From Conidiobolus incongruus B7586 (taxonomy: Eukaryota): a stretch of 40,903 bases of DNA. The notes below the pieces were generated by a model, which was not told the DNA's origin, ran no database searches, and saw only the letters and a program-made list of their open reading frames with translations. Location of the stretch: NCBI GenBank assembly GCA_000697335.1, contig JNEM01006361.1:1-40903 (forward strand), in the 5' to 3' direction. The translations under genes were made by a program, and so were the position numbers. This document shows, piece after piece, positions 23,417 through 38,079 of the stretch (the first letter of the stretch is position 1; the number at the start of each line of letters is the position of its first letter).

Positions 23417-25330
23417 TGTCAAAATCCTGAGATATCAACGTTGTCTATGTATTCACACCCAAAATTCCTTTAGAAGTGCAAAGTTACGCAATTCTAATAC
23501 TCCTACAGCATTTAAATCACTCCCTTCACACACACTCTCAGGGCTTTCTCCTCTTCTTTTTCTTCCTCGACCACTATCTATCATAACCCTTTTTACTCTC
23601 TATTATTTAACTCCAATTCCTAATAAACAATCTATACCCTGAGTCCTCTCAAAAATGATCGATAATCTCGTCTTAATCCCAATTTATCAACGACCATTTG
23701 AACCGACACTCGCGCAACTAGCCGCTGCCCAAGTTGTCGAGCGCTCACCCCTGGTCGTCAGCAACTTACTTCAGATCATTATGGCACGAATGCTTCAACG
23801 TGTCACCAATGCTCTGTTCCCGGATCTGCTAATTGCAATATTTGGCACCCAGCATGGGGGAAATACTTACAACCCCTCCAGTGCAATAGCAAACTCGGCC
23901 ATTAAAACAGTAGAACAAGTTATTCAATTCGGCTACTAGTCCAGGAATGCTCCCGCTCCAGAACCCGAAGATTTATATAATGGTAATTTTCTGATCAATT
24001 TTGAGGAAGTCTCCATGGAACGACTCGGAGAGCTCAATGCCACATTAGAGAAGCACCGGAGAATCAATCCCTGACTCCTCTCCTTAGAAGGAAGGAGCCA
24101 AACATCACGCACTACGTATGCTGGCTTCAACCTACGACTATAACGTTTAGCAATGGTTCGAACGAGGCATTCACGATCGGAACAAATACCTTCGCATAAT
24201 ACTTGCTAACCATTTGCCATACCACCGACGTATCTGCCCTCAACATCCTGCAATGGTTCCAGCTCACAATGAACCACATCATATTCTACACCATACTGGT
24301 CTCTATTATCAAATACGCCTGGTTTATGTTCACCACTACCGCAACCGCAACAGCCCTTCCCTTTCAGTGGCCAGGATGCAGCGAACGCATACCCATGGGT
24401 ACAACTTCAACTCCGGTTCAAAAGGTTCAAGGTGCCACATACTTACAATGGCAAAGATGTTGCTGCAAACACGTTCATTAGTTCTTACAACCACTATACC
24501 TTCCGAGAAAATTGGACACCCACTGAAGAATCTAACTACTCCCCCGATCATCTAAGAATCGATACCCTAACATGGCTCTATAACCAATTTTCAGAAAGAC
24601 TCGGCATCCAAAGTTCGAAGACTTCATCTTAGCTTTTGAAGAACTTCAGGGCATTCCCTATGGTAGAATCTCTGAGTCAGACATGTTCTACATCTTCCTT
24701 TCCGGTCTCAAGACAGACCTCCATCGCAATATGACTCCGAATCCAACAATGCTGTGTACGAAACTATCAAGCGAGCCAAGTTTCTCCATGATCATTGACT
24801 CTATAGTCCATCAGAATACCGATCTTCGCCAGCCAAACACAACGAATAATCCTTAAAAGAGTACAATCTTACCAGTCCTCCCAGATAGTGTGAACACTAC
24901 AATTGATCCTCACATAACACTAAGGAGTGCCAGGCCTAAGCAAAATCGTAGGCTAACTCCCAGAAGTCCAACCATACATTAGTAGCAACCATGTCGAAAG
25001 TATAGAGTACTCCAACAAGTACGGATGCCTCTAGTGATTCAATACATACTTCCCATTTCATTGATTTTACAGGTAACGACATACCAGCACATTCAATTGG
25101 CACCTACCTAACTGAATCCAACTCCCGATTTATGTGGACCTCTACCACAGCTGCTACAGTGTCAATACAGATTGATGGTCAAATCTTCACAGGAGTGCTG
25201 GATACTAGATTTTTTGGCCTTGCGATAAGTATTAAAGTCCTTCCTCGCATCAAGCAACAACCGGGACAGATACCACCCGTTTCCTTAAAATCCGCTGAGT
25301 GATTATCACGGACCACTACCGGATTCCTAC
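23417..25330 (+). mobile_element. Decayed, 3'-truncated Ty3/gypsy-like LTR retrotransposon (putative LTR, gag, protease)
   Basis: GC-elevated block starting TGTCA at 23417, with a putative LTR containing AATAAA and ending about 23651. Broken gag-like frames follow, then a zinc-knuckle relic C-E-H-Y-N-*-S-S-H-N-T-K-E-C (24889-24930) and an aspartic protease relic IQIDGQIFTGVLDTR (LDT at 25198-25206). Confidence 0.75.
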
Positions 25331-26360
25331 AATAACTATCAAAATTTTCCCCCTTAATTCTAAAATTATAGAACTTTTTTATTTAATTCATTAAAATTTC
25401 TTAAAAATACCCTCAATCTTGAAATATAAAACTTGTTATTTCTATTTCCATTAATTTTATTATATTGATAAATTCAAATTAATCATTTGAGTTAATTGTT
25501 TTTGATTTTTATTAATTCATTTTTGAAACTGGTAAATTAGATTGAGAAAACATATGACTTAAAAAAATTAACAAACAACTCTTATAGTTAAACTTGCCCA
25601 AAGTTGATCAATTTAATCATCCTTGTCCAAGTCTTGCATGGAAATTGGAGACCCTAAGGGGGTTAGCCCTAACATCAATCCTGGAAAATTAGCTCAATTG
25701 ATTGTTAAATAGTGAAGGAATGTGTTTCTCATAGTATTGTTGCTTTGGTCTATATATAATATTGAGGATATTTGAAAATTATACTTGATCCAAATTGTAT
25801 ATGCAAATATCCATAATTACATTATTTTTTGCTTGTATAATTCTTGTTGCAAAAAATCACCTTGCACCAAGGGTATTTTTTTGTTTTGATGGATAAGTTT
25901 TACTTAAATATATATTAGAATTTTCTTTCATTGTTTGTATACATCTAAATCTAGTGTATTTTTAGTACTTATGATAATTTTTTGATTCTTCAATTTACAA
26001 AGCTAGATAATACAATATTATTTAATACTCAATTATGAAAGTTTTATTAATATTTTAATTTTCAATATTTTTGCTTAATAAATTCCATTTAGGACTCTAA
26101 TATATATATTAACATTAAAATAACTAAAAATTTTATAATTTAATATTAGTAATTATTTCTTATTTAATGAATAAATAAATTAAACCAAGTAACCTATTAT
26201 TCAAGTTTTTATATAAAATCAAAAATTATAAATTTTTTATAATTAAATTTTAATTAATAATTTAATTAAAAAAGATAAATATATTATAAAAAGTATGTTT
26301 TAGCCATAATTAATAATACTCAACAAGACTATTTATAAAATATACTATTATTATTAGTAA

Positions 26361-26423
26361 TATTACTATTATTACTATTATTACTATTATTACTATTATT
26401 ACTATTATTACTATTATTACTAT
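26361..26423. repeat. (TATTATTAC)n tandem repeat
   Basis: About 7 copies of a 9-bp unit. Confidence 0.85.
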
Positions 26424-29400
26424 GATTAAAATAGGTCTATATCCCATCCAAATAACTGATCCTAAAGTAATTCTAAAGACCTAATGAAACAAGATTATCA
26501 TTATTATAGTCATATAAAATATAAAATATTAAGAAAATTATAATTTAAATATATATTATTCTTAATATTAATTTATTTTTAATTTATAAAATATCAATTA
26601 ACTTTATTATATATATACATATATTATAATATTATTATTTTAAAGCTATTTATAAATGTTGTATATATTTATTACTAATGTCAATAAATATACAAGTATA
26701 TAATATTAGAAAGAGTTAAGTTATTTATATTTAATTAAATATGATTATTAATTATTATAAAATGAAATCTTTATTTATGATTTAAAATTAAGTGATTAAT
26801 ATAAATATGCAAAAATTGTTTTAATGATTTATTCAAGTTTAAAAGAAAAAAAATCTAAAGTATCTTTATAATATTATATATATATATATTAAATGGAACA
26901 TTTAAAAAAATAATTAAACGCTATAGTATAAGATAGCAATTTGTAATAAGTTCTTTTTAATTTAAAAGGTATTAAAATATAAATATCAAATACTCCAAGC
27001 TTAATATATGGAAACTAATTAATATTATTAAACTACTTGACCAATGGATTGTGTATATATATTAACTTACGATGTATTCAAATAAAGGTCCTGTTGGAAT
27101 ATAATTATTTAAAAAAAATAATTAATGAAAAATTATATACTCGCCATTTAGTTTATGTTTTATATTAAACTAATACTATATATTATTAAAATAACTTATT
27201 ACTTTAAATATTAAATAAAGTTTATAAAATTTATAAGCTTTGTTTATAGAGTAATTTGTATTATAAATTATTAAGAGGCAGGTTTTGAATTACTAATATA
27301 TATTTCTTTGGTAATATTAACTTTATTTTTGTAAATATTTTATTATTTGTTTGTTTATTGTCAACCATTACTATTCTATAATATATAAAGTTATTTTTAT
27401 TAAAGCAATTTTATTTATCAATATAATTTATTATATTGGCTAATATATTTATTTTAAATAGTATATTAAAATATTAAATATATTCACTGATCTTTTAAAT
27501 TAATTAAATTGGTATTAAAATAAATCTTCCTTTGTATTATATTAAATTTCAACTTAATAATAATTATTAAAAAATTTGCATCTTAGTTTTATAATATCAA
27601 AGAGATATTGATTTAAAATATATTTTAATAGTTCAAATTATTTTATCATTTTTTCAAAACTCATAATGGTATTTTTCTCAGTTCTTTATTAAATTTTCAC
27701 AATTTTGTATTTATATTATATTTTTATCAAGTAAAATATTTTTCAAATCAAACCATTGTAAAAATGAAAAATATAAGTTATTTTTTCGTTGTACTATGTT
27801 TTTTATATTTTCATTAAATTTTATAACTAATATATTAATTTTTCTTTCAAGATTAGTTAAAAACTTAATTTAACAATAATAAAGCTAATTTTAAAATAGT
27901 AAATAATTTCAATTATAGTTCCCTAATGTTTTTGGATTAAAAATTTTTGAATAATAAGGTCTAATTAAAACCTAAATTCATCTAGTGTTTACATAGTTCA
28001 TACTTCTCTGGCTTTATCTCAATATAAATTATTTTTTTGTTGAAAAATTAAAATTTATTCTTGTTCATTAAAGGTAAAAACATTGAGAATTATTTATATT
28101 TAGCTAAGGCTAGCAAAGATGCGTTACATATTCTATTAATTGAAACTAAATTTTATTATAAAAATATATTCAAGTATTCATAATATAGATGATAGTTTGA
28201 CTAGGCCGTAATTTAATATTGAGACATATACTTAAAATCAGTGAGAATTTTGTGATTAGTTACATTAAACCAAGTTATTAATTAACTGCTATATTTTTAT
28301 ACTTAGGTATAATCATCATTGTTATTATATTTAATTAAAATCCAAAACAACAAATTACTAAAATCTATAATAATAAAAGCATTGATTAACTGAACCAAAG
28401 TATTTACTTTATTAATTTTCAGTTTATTATTAAATTATAGCAGTAATGGAATGGAAATATAAAATTAGGTGTTTTATAAAAATAATAATTGAAATAAATG
28501 AGTTTTTAATTATGTTCTAAACTATTAAATTAGAGTTTAATAATAATATAAGAATTTTTAATACTATTTATATATTTCAAATTCGAAAATTATTGATTGA
28601 AAAATAGCTTTAAATTAAAAATTTGTTTTTTAAATTTAATGATTAAAATAATATTAAAAATATTTAAATTCTTAACTTGAATAATTTATATTTTAAAACT
28701 TATACTATTGATATACATGATTTTAAGTTACATTAATTTCCTTTGGGATAAATTAATCTATGTTAAAAATCTATCGTGTAGCACAATGTAAATATAATAA
28801 TTGTTTTATTCAGTTTGACTATAATTAAATAAAAGATATTTAACTAAATATTACAAAATTCACAGTATTTGACAAAGAGCAGCATAGGAAATTAAATTAT
28901 TTTGTAACAATAAGGTTATAATTGATTCAATATATAATAAGACTATTAGGTTAATGAAAATCATAATAGACCAAACTGTGCTAATAGCCTATTAATTACT
29001 TTTTGATCTATTATTAAATTTCATATTGGCTAATTTTTATATCTAATCTTGATAAATAACTAACAAAAAACGATAATGAAGCAGATAGATTTTAATTAAA
29101 TACAAAAAACTAAAATTTTAAAACTACATTGTATCATCATAATAAATTAAAAGCCATAATTACCTCTAATACCAATCCTAAACAATTTTTAAATTAGAAT
29201 AAAGATAAAAGAATGAATCACGCTTCGATCTACCTTATTTGACGATGGTAAATAATATTACCCAAATACTCCAAGTATGCCAATAATGAGAATTACGTAT
29301 GGGATTTAGCATTTAAGAATTCTGAATTTAATATTTGGGCTAAAGTGTTTTGATTATGGCTTAAAACATAGCTTGTAATCAGAATTGAAATTATAGAGTT

Positions 29401-30552
29401 TAACATCTGGTTTATTTTAACAATTTGATTGGAGGAGGCTTAATTGGATTAATTGATTATACCAACCTGTTTCTAAGGTAATTTTAAAGTTGTGGAATTT
29501 TTATTTAGCTATAGAAGAATTTTGAAATATTAGTAATCTGTTGTTATGGTCTAAAGAACAATGCATCGAGACAATCCTCCACCCTTTTCAGTGTGTCTCT
29601 GTAAAAAGAGGGGGAAATGGTAAATTGCGAAGTTGGGGAAATGTGGAATTAGTAGTTGGTATGGTCTGAATTATTATCTGCTAAACATGTATTTGTTTTG
29701 GTAATCTGTCATGGAATAAATCTTAGCATTCTGGAAAAAATTAGATATCTTTATCATGTTGAACTTAGGCCAATAAAAATGGTTGATTTTTTCTAAATTT
29801 GGTGCCACAATCAAAGATAGACAATTTATCAAAAAAATGAGGATGTAGAGAGTTGCAAACTGATTATTTTGCCATAATCAAGGCGCCAAAAATTTTGAAA
29901 TTGATCAACAGTAAAAACATATGATTAAATGTAACAGAGAAATGAATAAAGATAATTACGAGTTGAAAAGAGGAATTGGGAATGATACCTTTTTCAGCTT
30001 CCCCCCTCCCCTGTCAATTCATCCATATTATGTCAACTATCTAACTGAATTCATTAAAGTGAGAATTTCCCGCTTAGAAAATTTCCACCCCACCCGGGAT
30101 TACATGGTATAAATATTAAATTGATCTTTTGAATGATATAGTTTTTGAATCTGTTCTATAGTTATAGATTGGAGTGGGAGAGGGATTTCGCGACACTTTG
30201 ATATCACTTTTTGATTAAACCTTCTTGTACCAATTTTTTAAGGGTTAGTTATTGAGGTGTGTCCAACCAATTATTCCTTCAGCTTATTTATTATAGTGGA
30301 CAAAGACCCTTGTTTAGTTTAATTTATAATTAGTAAATCTTATTACCTTCAATCTACTATTCAATCCAACTTTTTCTATTGCATATATATAATTTAATAA
30401 TTCTGGTGTTAATAGTTATAAATTGAGGATTTTAATTTGAGTTTATCTTGGCTATTACGGAGGCGTCAATTTAATTATATTTGGAATAGGTTTTACATAC
30501 TTTCAATTATTATATATTTATATTATCTGGAATCACTATCAATAATATAATC

Positions 30553-32343
30553 ATGTTTTTCAAATCCATTAGATTTATTACTATTTGGTTATTATTTTTT
30601 TCTATAATACAATGCCAAAACAGAAATTCCAATCGAAACGATGAACTTCGCGCAGAATTGGAGGAGATTAGGAGCATGGTAGAGAATATTCAGTCATTGG
30701 AAAATGCTAATCAGCCAACGCCGACTAATTCGGGGAGGAATAGATCTATGACTGCTTCAACAAGTACAAGTCACTCAAGCCACGCAACCTCAACGGGTCA
30801 TCATAGCACTGCAGCACGGGAGCATGAGCATCAGCCGACCTTGGCTCCAAATCATGCAGATAGACACAATGATGATTCAGATGGGGAATCAGATCATGGA
30901 AGCAAGCATGCTAAACCTTCAGAATCAGGATTCACTTCAGAACCGCTAGGGTCAGCAATTCTATTTGTAGTAGCATTAATCACTACCTCATTTAACTTAG
31001 GCGCTTGTGTCTTTTTACTCTATAAAATTTATAAAGTCGGCAAATATGTCGGCTTTCACATGTCTCTTCGTGTGGTTATGTATTCTGTGGTTGCCGATAT
31101 GCTGGTGGGATTATTTTTTACTATTAGTATCATTTACTCTACCTTGTTCCACGAACTTATAGAAGGAACATCATGTATGCTTATTGGATACATTATCAAC
31201 ACACTGACAGCAGCAGATATGCTGTTGATTGGATATACAGCAGTGAATACCTATCTTGAGGTAGTCCATCATAAAGATATCTTGAGAGGTCATCGAGACT
31301 GGTTGCTACTACTTGTTTGCTTGGGAATGCCAACTGTAATTTCGACTATTTTGGCTCAATATCATGCATTTGGCCCAGAAACATACTGGTGTTTGATTGA
31401 TGAAGAAACACCAGCTGGAGTAGCATCAAGTGTCGGAATTTTAGTCCTACATCTGCTAGTCAGTGTAGTTGTCACGGTCGCCTACATATTATTACGCCGC
31501 CATCAAAAGAAATCACCTAATCAAGCTAATCCCCACAATTCGCTACTCGTCCCTATTCCTAAGCACCATTTGAATGATTTAAAGAAAATTGAAACTCAGC
31601 AAGTATACACCGGATCGCAAAGGCAACCAGATAACAAAAGCACATTTATGAAACACAGTCATAGGAGATCAGTGATGAATTTGGACTATGCACAAATGAA
31701 ATTATCCACCCATTTAGCAATTCATCTCATACAATATACTCCAGCCGCTATTCATCTTTTATGCGTTCTATTGGAATACAGATTCTCATGGCTATTCACA
31801 ATGGCTATTATCTTTACCAATCTCTCTGGTGTATTCCAACTTATCAACTATTTGCACCATGAAAAAGTTAAAAAGAAGCAGTTTGATTCATTCCTCTCTC
31901 TACAGATGAACTCCGAATCAAAACATGATTCAAATTCTATAATAATCCAAGCTGAAACAGGCGTAAACTCTCCTCCCCAAGTCTTTGTCAACGGTCATCG
32001 TCCTCAGTCACAGTCATTCTCACATTCACCAATTCACGTTAAGGGAAATATTGAATCCCGTAGGGGATCCATTCTTGAAACAATGGTGGACAGGGTGAAA
32101 AGGGTCACCAGCAGAGAGTCTGGTAGGGGATACGCACATATTGACAATAGTCCAGAGAGTAGTTCAGGCAGAGATCCAGATCGCCATCTGACCCTCGACC
32201 CCCACTATTCCCTCACGGCGCCAGTCCATATGAGGTATAGCTCCCATCCTATCTCCCCCCTTGCATCCAACAATTCAGGCAGATCCCAGGAGACTTTAAC
32301 TCCAAATAAGTTTTCATCAGTCCCAAATAGGAACGGTCATTAA
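30553..32343 (+). CDS. 7TM G-protein-coupled receptor, cAMP-receptor-like/Git3-like, with signal peptide
   Basis: Intronless 596 aa with a signal peptide and seven hydrophobic segments. Motifs: AD in TM2, Cys at the top of TM3, FGP..YWC in ECL2, IQYTP in TM6, NLSG in TM7. Long Ser-rich tail. Confidence 0.8.
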   Translation: MFFKSIRFITIWLLFFSIIQCQNRNSNRNDELRAELEEIRSMVENIQSLENANQPTPTNSGRNRSMTASTSTSHSSHATSTGHHSTAAREHEHQPTLAPNHADRHNDDSDGESDHGSKHAKPSESGFTSEPLGSAILFVVALITTSFNLGACVFLLYKIYKVGKYVGFHMSLRVVMYSVVADMLVGLFFTISIIYSTLFHELIEGTSCMLIGYIINTLTAADMLLIGYTAVNTYLEVVHHKDILRGHRDWLLLLVCLGMPTVISTILAQYHAFGPETYWCLIDEETPAGVASSVGILVLHLLVSVVVTVAYILLRRHQKKSPNQANPHNSLLVPIPKHHLNDLKKIETQQVYTGSQRQPDNKSTFMKHSHRRSVMNLDYAQMKLSTHLAIHLIQYTPAAIHLLCVLLEYRFSWLFTMAIIFTNLSGVFQLINYLHHEKVKKKQFDSFLSLQMNSESKHDSNSIIIQAETGVNSPPQVFVNGHRPQSQSFSHSPIHVKGNIESRRGSILETMVDRVKRVTSRESGRGYAHIDNSPESSSGRDPDRHLTLDPHYSLTAPVHMRYSSHPISPLASNNSGRSQETLTPNKFSSVPNRNGH

Positions 32344-35300
32344 AATTAACAATTTAATCCAAAATTATAATTATATAATTAAAAATATTAATCATATTAA
32401 TGTATAACTTAATAATAATAAAATTAAAAATAATTCAAACCAATAAATATTGATTAATTTTAATACCCAATCTAATTCACATGTTATTTTCTACTTTAAA
32501 CAGACTCAAAATAACATTATTTATCTTATCACTTTCCCCTCAATACATATTAAATTTACCTAAAATTAGTCAAATTGAAACTTTAAGTATTTTGATATTG
32601 CATTTTAATCTTACAGTTCGCAGTTAAATCTTTAACTATAAAAATCTATTCACAAAATTTGATTTTAAAATGATTACATAAAATTTAAAATATATTTAAT
32701 AGTTTAATCATAAAATATTTAAGTCATATTTATTATTAATTAAAAACATCTTAAGAAATTGAAGAGTTTAGTTTCAAAAATTTTTATTTAGAAATGATCT
32801 TTCCTTTAAAATATTTATTTAATCGTTTCATATTAAACTTGGCATCTTTTGATATCATTATCAATCAAATATTCCTCTATTTTTTAAGTTAATTTCTTCG
32901 TAGAATTATCATAAATTTGCTACTCTCCGAAATATTTTAGAAGATATTTTATTATCAAATAATTATCAAATTAATAAATGATAATTGATGAAAAAATCAA
33001 TCATTAATATAGATTAATTCATGTGGAATTAATGTTGATAATGGTTAAAAATATTGATCCTCAATGAATTATATAATTTTCATAGTTTTAAAGTAGCTTA
33101 AAGATCACGTTATATTGTATACTATTTTCAAATATTTAATATTTCAAGTTCAATATAGTATATTTACCAATTCATAATTTTCGAGTTAATATAAATAATT
33201 GAAATCATGGTTTTTAGAACTATTCTATATTTATTAAGAACAATATTTATTTTAATGCTATTTATAAAATATTCAGGTAATATTTTTTCAAACTATAGTT
33301 ATAATACTGTTCCTTTGGCGTCGATTTATTTTGGTGTCATTTTAATAATTATCCCTGCATTACTAACAAATATATTTTAGCCGATAAGCTACTATAGTTA
33401 ACTACAATTAAATTAGTCCATTTTATAAACTATACTTTGGAATTGTGAAAAATTTTATATTCCATAATTTTCAAACTTGATTATAATAGTTTATATCAAC
33501 AAGTTTCTACTAAATTTTGATAATTTAATCAACCTTATGAAACTATATCTCCTTTGAACATCGTCTTGATAAATTCTTTAATTTGATCAATCAGATTTAA
33601 TTTATAAAATAATAAATATTTAAAATGATCATTTAATATATATAATATATCTGCCAATTTGCAATATTCAAATACAATTCTTTAAATTTTATTTCAAAAC
33701 ATTTAACCATTTGTGTACTACAAAATTTTGTCTGGATTTGTAAAATATGTGTAACTCTGTTTTCAATATAATATCAAGTAAATCAAGCTTTAAAAATGTT
33801 ATTACTAAACATAATTTTAACAACTAATATAATTACGGACCTATATAGTATGAAATTTTGTCCGATAGCACACACAGATCTTGCTAACTGGAAGGCTCAT
33901 TTCCAAATCAGAATTTGAAGTATATCAAATCAGTTCATATAGAAAGTGCTATGTGGTCATAGTTATAAGTCAATATCAAATTATCCTAATGCTGTAATCA
34001 ACCTCATACATCGATATATGCTATTCATAAATACATAATATTGCTATCATTATAACTATTATACTATTTTTTATCAAATAAAATATATAAATATTAAATA
34101 TTTATTTAAATTATATTATTAAATTTTGATAATAAATAAAATTTAATTTCCAAATTTTATAAAAGCTTATTAAAATATGTTTAAAATGACCATATTTCTA
34201 CTTTGAGGAAGTATGAGCTTATCAAAATTTATTTGAATAAGATAATACTTATTAATTTGAATTATGTTACGATAATAATGATCAATAGGATAAGACATAT
34301 TACTTGGAACAAATATAAAATTATGGCCTGTATATATATTATGTATATTGTATATACCAATATTCAATACAACAATCATAATTGGATATTGCTATTGTTT
34401 TTGAATGATATAATAAAAATTTAAAAGTATAAACTAATAACATGGTTTTACAAACATTATTCTATCTAGAACACTTATAGTCTCCAAAGGAATAATCAAA
34501 TTCTAAAATTAATATCACAAAACTTATAAGGATTAAAATATAAATGATATTATAACTATTAATGAATGAATATTATAGTAGCGAGAGTATAATAACCGCT
34601 ACTATACAACAACTAATCAAATGATCCAAAATATATATCAACGTGATGTGTTAGATAACTGCAATTGGTCTAATTTAGCACTGAACTATATAATTTGAAT
34701 TAATATTTCAATTAATTTATCAAAAAAAATATATATTAATTTAAAAATATCTCTAGACATGAACTTTTTTAATGCTTTCTATTTATTATAGTATTAATTT
34801 GATTAATGAATATGGTAATTTAACATCTTTATCAGAACAAAATTTCCATCTCTATATACAAGGATTAAAATTTTAATAAATTTGTAGTGTATTCCAAAGA
34901 ATACTATGTTAAAATAAGTAATTTCAAGAACAAATAACTTGGTTTAATCTTTGATATTTCCTCTTTTTTAGTCTATCTTATTCATAATAATATGTGATGT
35001 ATATATAGTGATAAATTGAATTCAGATTAATAATCAATCATAGTTTACTCGGTCCGATTTCTAACCCTCATTATTGAATGAGTTCCTTACAAAATTACTA
35101 ATAACAAAGTCATGTAACTATATCAAGTCACTGATAGATAATTCCAGATTTATAAAAATTACTTATGATGATAAATAATTTTCCTTTTACAATTTATATT
35201 AATATTAATGTTAATATCATTGATTATTCTTAAACAAAAAAAATGAAAAGTCAAATCAAGAAACTTTGAGATATTAAGAATTTCAATCTATTAAATAATA

Positions 35301-37904
35301 TAAGATTAACTTAATTATAACTTAATATTAAAATTAAACGATATAAGCTCTTTTATAACCTAATAATCATAATTATTATTGAGATAATTATATTTAAAAA
35401 CTTTCTTATCTAATATAAACTGATTTAAGCAGTTTAGAGTTGTAAAAATATGTAAATTTATTATTAATCATAATTATTTTATTAATTTGGCTTGATAAAC
35501 ATAACTTATTTTTTTAATATAAAAGATACCAATTATAATTTTAAGCTTCAACTGTATCATTATTGTTTCATAAGCTATTTAATTCGAAATTATATTAAAT
35601 ATCAATATAATAAATAATTATTTCAATAAATTTTTAAGTTCATTATTAATTTTCTGTATAACGAATATTTGTTTTTTTTAGTCTAATAATTATCTTTTAA
35701 TCAATTCTTTGTAATTTAGTTAATATGATATCTTGATATGATCATATTATAGTTTGTATAGCCTTTTATAATTTAAAGATTAAATATTATTTATTATACA
35801 AATGAAACAGGCATCAAATTTAATGATATCTTATTTTGAACATTTCGCTATATACTATTTAACATATAAATATATATGTTATCAAATTTGATAATTATTT
35901 AAATAACTATATTTAAATTATCAAAAATTTAAGCTATTGAGTATATTATACTTAAAATTTTTAAATACTTATTAATTTATATTCAATTAATATATGAATT
36001 ATTTTCATTCAGAATGATTCAATGCAGTGTTTAAATTTTTTGCTATATAATTTATTGGCTTATCAGTATTATTCAACTAAAAAATATATTAAATTTATAG
36101 TTTTGCCTATGATATTGACTATTTCTTATAAGTAATAAAAATATAATAAAAAATATAATAGCTTAAAAATAAAGATACTATTAATCGAATGTAGAGTTAT
36201 TGAATGATTGTTTCAATATTTAATTTACTGGGATATACAATATCTGAATATACAAGGGGAAAATGTTATGATTATGCTATGCTTTTTATATATTTAATTA
36301 TATCACTTTCAACCATAAATCAAGTATTAGCCATCAAATCAGATTAAAAACAGTATTTAATTCAATTTGGTAGATTTTGTTACTCTTGATGATGATTTTA
36401 TTATTAGCCTTATAAACTTATTTAATATTCTTGAAAAGTAATATTATAGTTTATATTCGGTAGTATAATTCATAAAATCAAAAATCTGTATACTAGTTTA
36501 AGAAGCTACTGCAAATATATCAACTTTCTTCAAAAAATATTGAATGTTGATTATATTATACAACCTTTAATTTTAAATACTTGCAATATTTCAAAATTCA
36601 ATTTATTTCCTCAAAATTTGTTCAATATATTTTTTTCAAATGTTATACCTTGTTTAGAAAATTTTGAGATTATCTACACAATTGTGAAAAATAGTTTTAT
36701 TCAAATCGGAAGGTTGTATAATTTGGCGGTAGAAGTCTAATTTTTATTATAATCAATTAATATTTTAAATATTATAATCTTAATTATTGTGAGATCTCAA
36801 AGTACTACCCTTGAAACCATTTCTAACCTCGGGTTTCTATTCTATAAGGATGCCTTACTTTAATTGATCATTACTTGTGACACATGTTGTAATATTGATC
36901 AGTCTTAATGACTAAATCCAGTAGCTTTCAATGCTTAACCAAGCATTATTCTAAACTCCACCTTAGCGAATAAACCCTCGAAAACACTTACCTACTAATA
37001 GGTAATAACAAATGCCATTACTCCTCATATTACACCATTCATAATACCCATAGAGTAATTACATTATTATTAATTTTAATGCAAAAGTAATTTGTGATAA
37101 TTCAATATAAATTATCCTAAATTTTTTGCTGGTATTATAATTGCGAAATTTCGTAAAATTTTGGAATCATTACTTGAATTTGATGAATTTTCATTTTAAC
37201 CCTCCTAAAATTTTTGAAAATATGATGTATTAAAATATAAAGATATTGTGTGATTTATTAATATTATTTCTGAAATGTCATTTTGTGATTTTGTAACATA
37301 ATAGTTAATTTTGAATTTTTTTATTAGTTATGTATATAATATGAATATAATTAATATAACATTTAAATATAGTAATCAACTTTGATATCTATTAGTAATT
37401 ATAATAAAATTTGGTAACGATTGAATATTAATGTGAAAAACATTATAGAATTTTTGATAACAAAATAATAATTCATATTTGACTAACAGCTTTATCATAT
37501 TTAAAAACATTATTATTTTTTGAACAATTTGAATAACATGATTTGATCACGTCCTTGATAATCTACGTTAAACTAATATGATAAAAATATATCAACTTAT
37601 TCTATTATACTACTATTCTATATAAAAGTTCTAAAATTAAAAGATTAAGAGATTATGATACTCTATCACTGGGCAAATTATTATTATCTGGTATACTTAT
37701 ATATATTTTTTAAATTGGAGAATTAACTAAATTTTTGGACTTTAATATTTGATATATCTAAATTATGAAATATTGAAATTTACAATATGACAAAAAAATA
37801 TTTTGGATAATTTTATTTGAATTAAAATTAGTATATTTTTAAATTGCTAATATTTTGAATACAAGTTATTAATATGCCTCCACAACAATTAAATAGAAAA
37901 TTAA

Positions 37905-38007
37905 CCAATCAGTATATACCAAATTTCAATATTCACCCAATCATGGAATGACGAGTCACGAACAACATTAGTAATCGCAATATTTTAATCTCTTGAATTA
38001 GTATAAA
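37905..38007 (+). promoter_or_regulatory. Putative PDI1 promoter: two CCAAT boxes, TGACGAGTCA element, TATA box
   Basis: CCAAT at 37905 and 37937, inverted TGAC half-sites at 37949-37958, TATAAA at 38002, all just upstream of ATG 38080. Confidence 0.45.
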
Positions 38008-38079
38008 TAGAGAATAATGATTAATACATTCTTATTTAAGAAGCTCTTGATAATTGATAAATAATATTAATAGCTTAAT

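Noticed and set aside
26361..26423. CRISPR-like or telomeric repeat
   Set aside because: A simple spacerless AT-rich tandem repeat in eukaryotic DNA.
29575..29620. Imperfect inverted repeat (CCCTTTTCAG...CTGTAAAAAGAGGG) upstream of the GPCR
   Set aside because: Short and mismatched, with no evidence for an RNA structure or MITE.
29921..30112. 63-aa ORF as a uORF of the GPCR
   Set aside because: The transcript start is unknown, and a TATA-like TATAAAT lies at its 3' end, so it may be upstream of the mRNA.
34170..36740. ORFs at 34170-34379, 34203-34424 and 36540-36740
   Set aside because: Ile/Asn/Tyr-rich translations expected by chance from AT-rich DNA, with no motifs.
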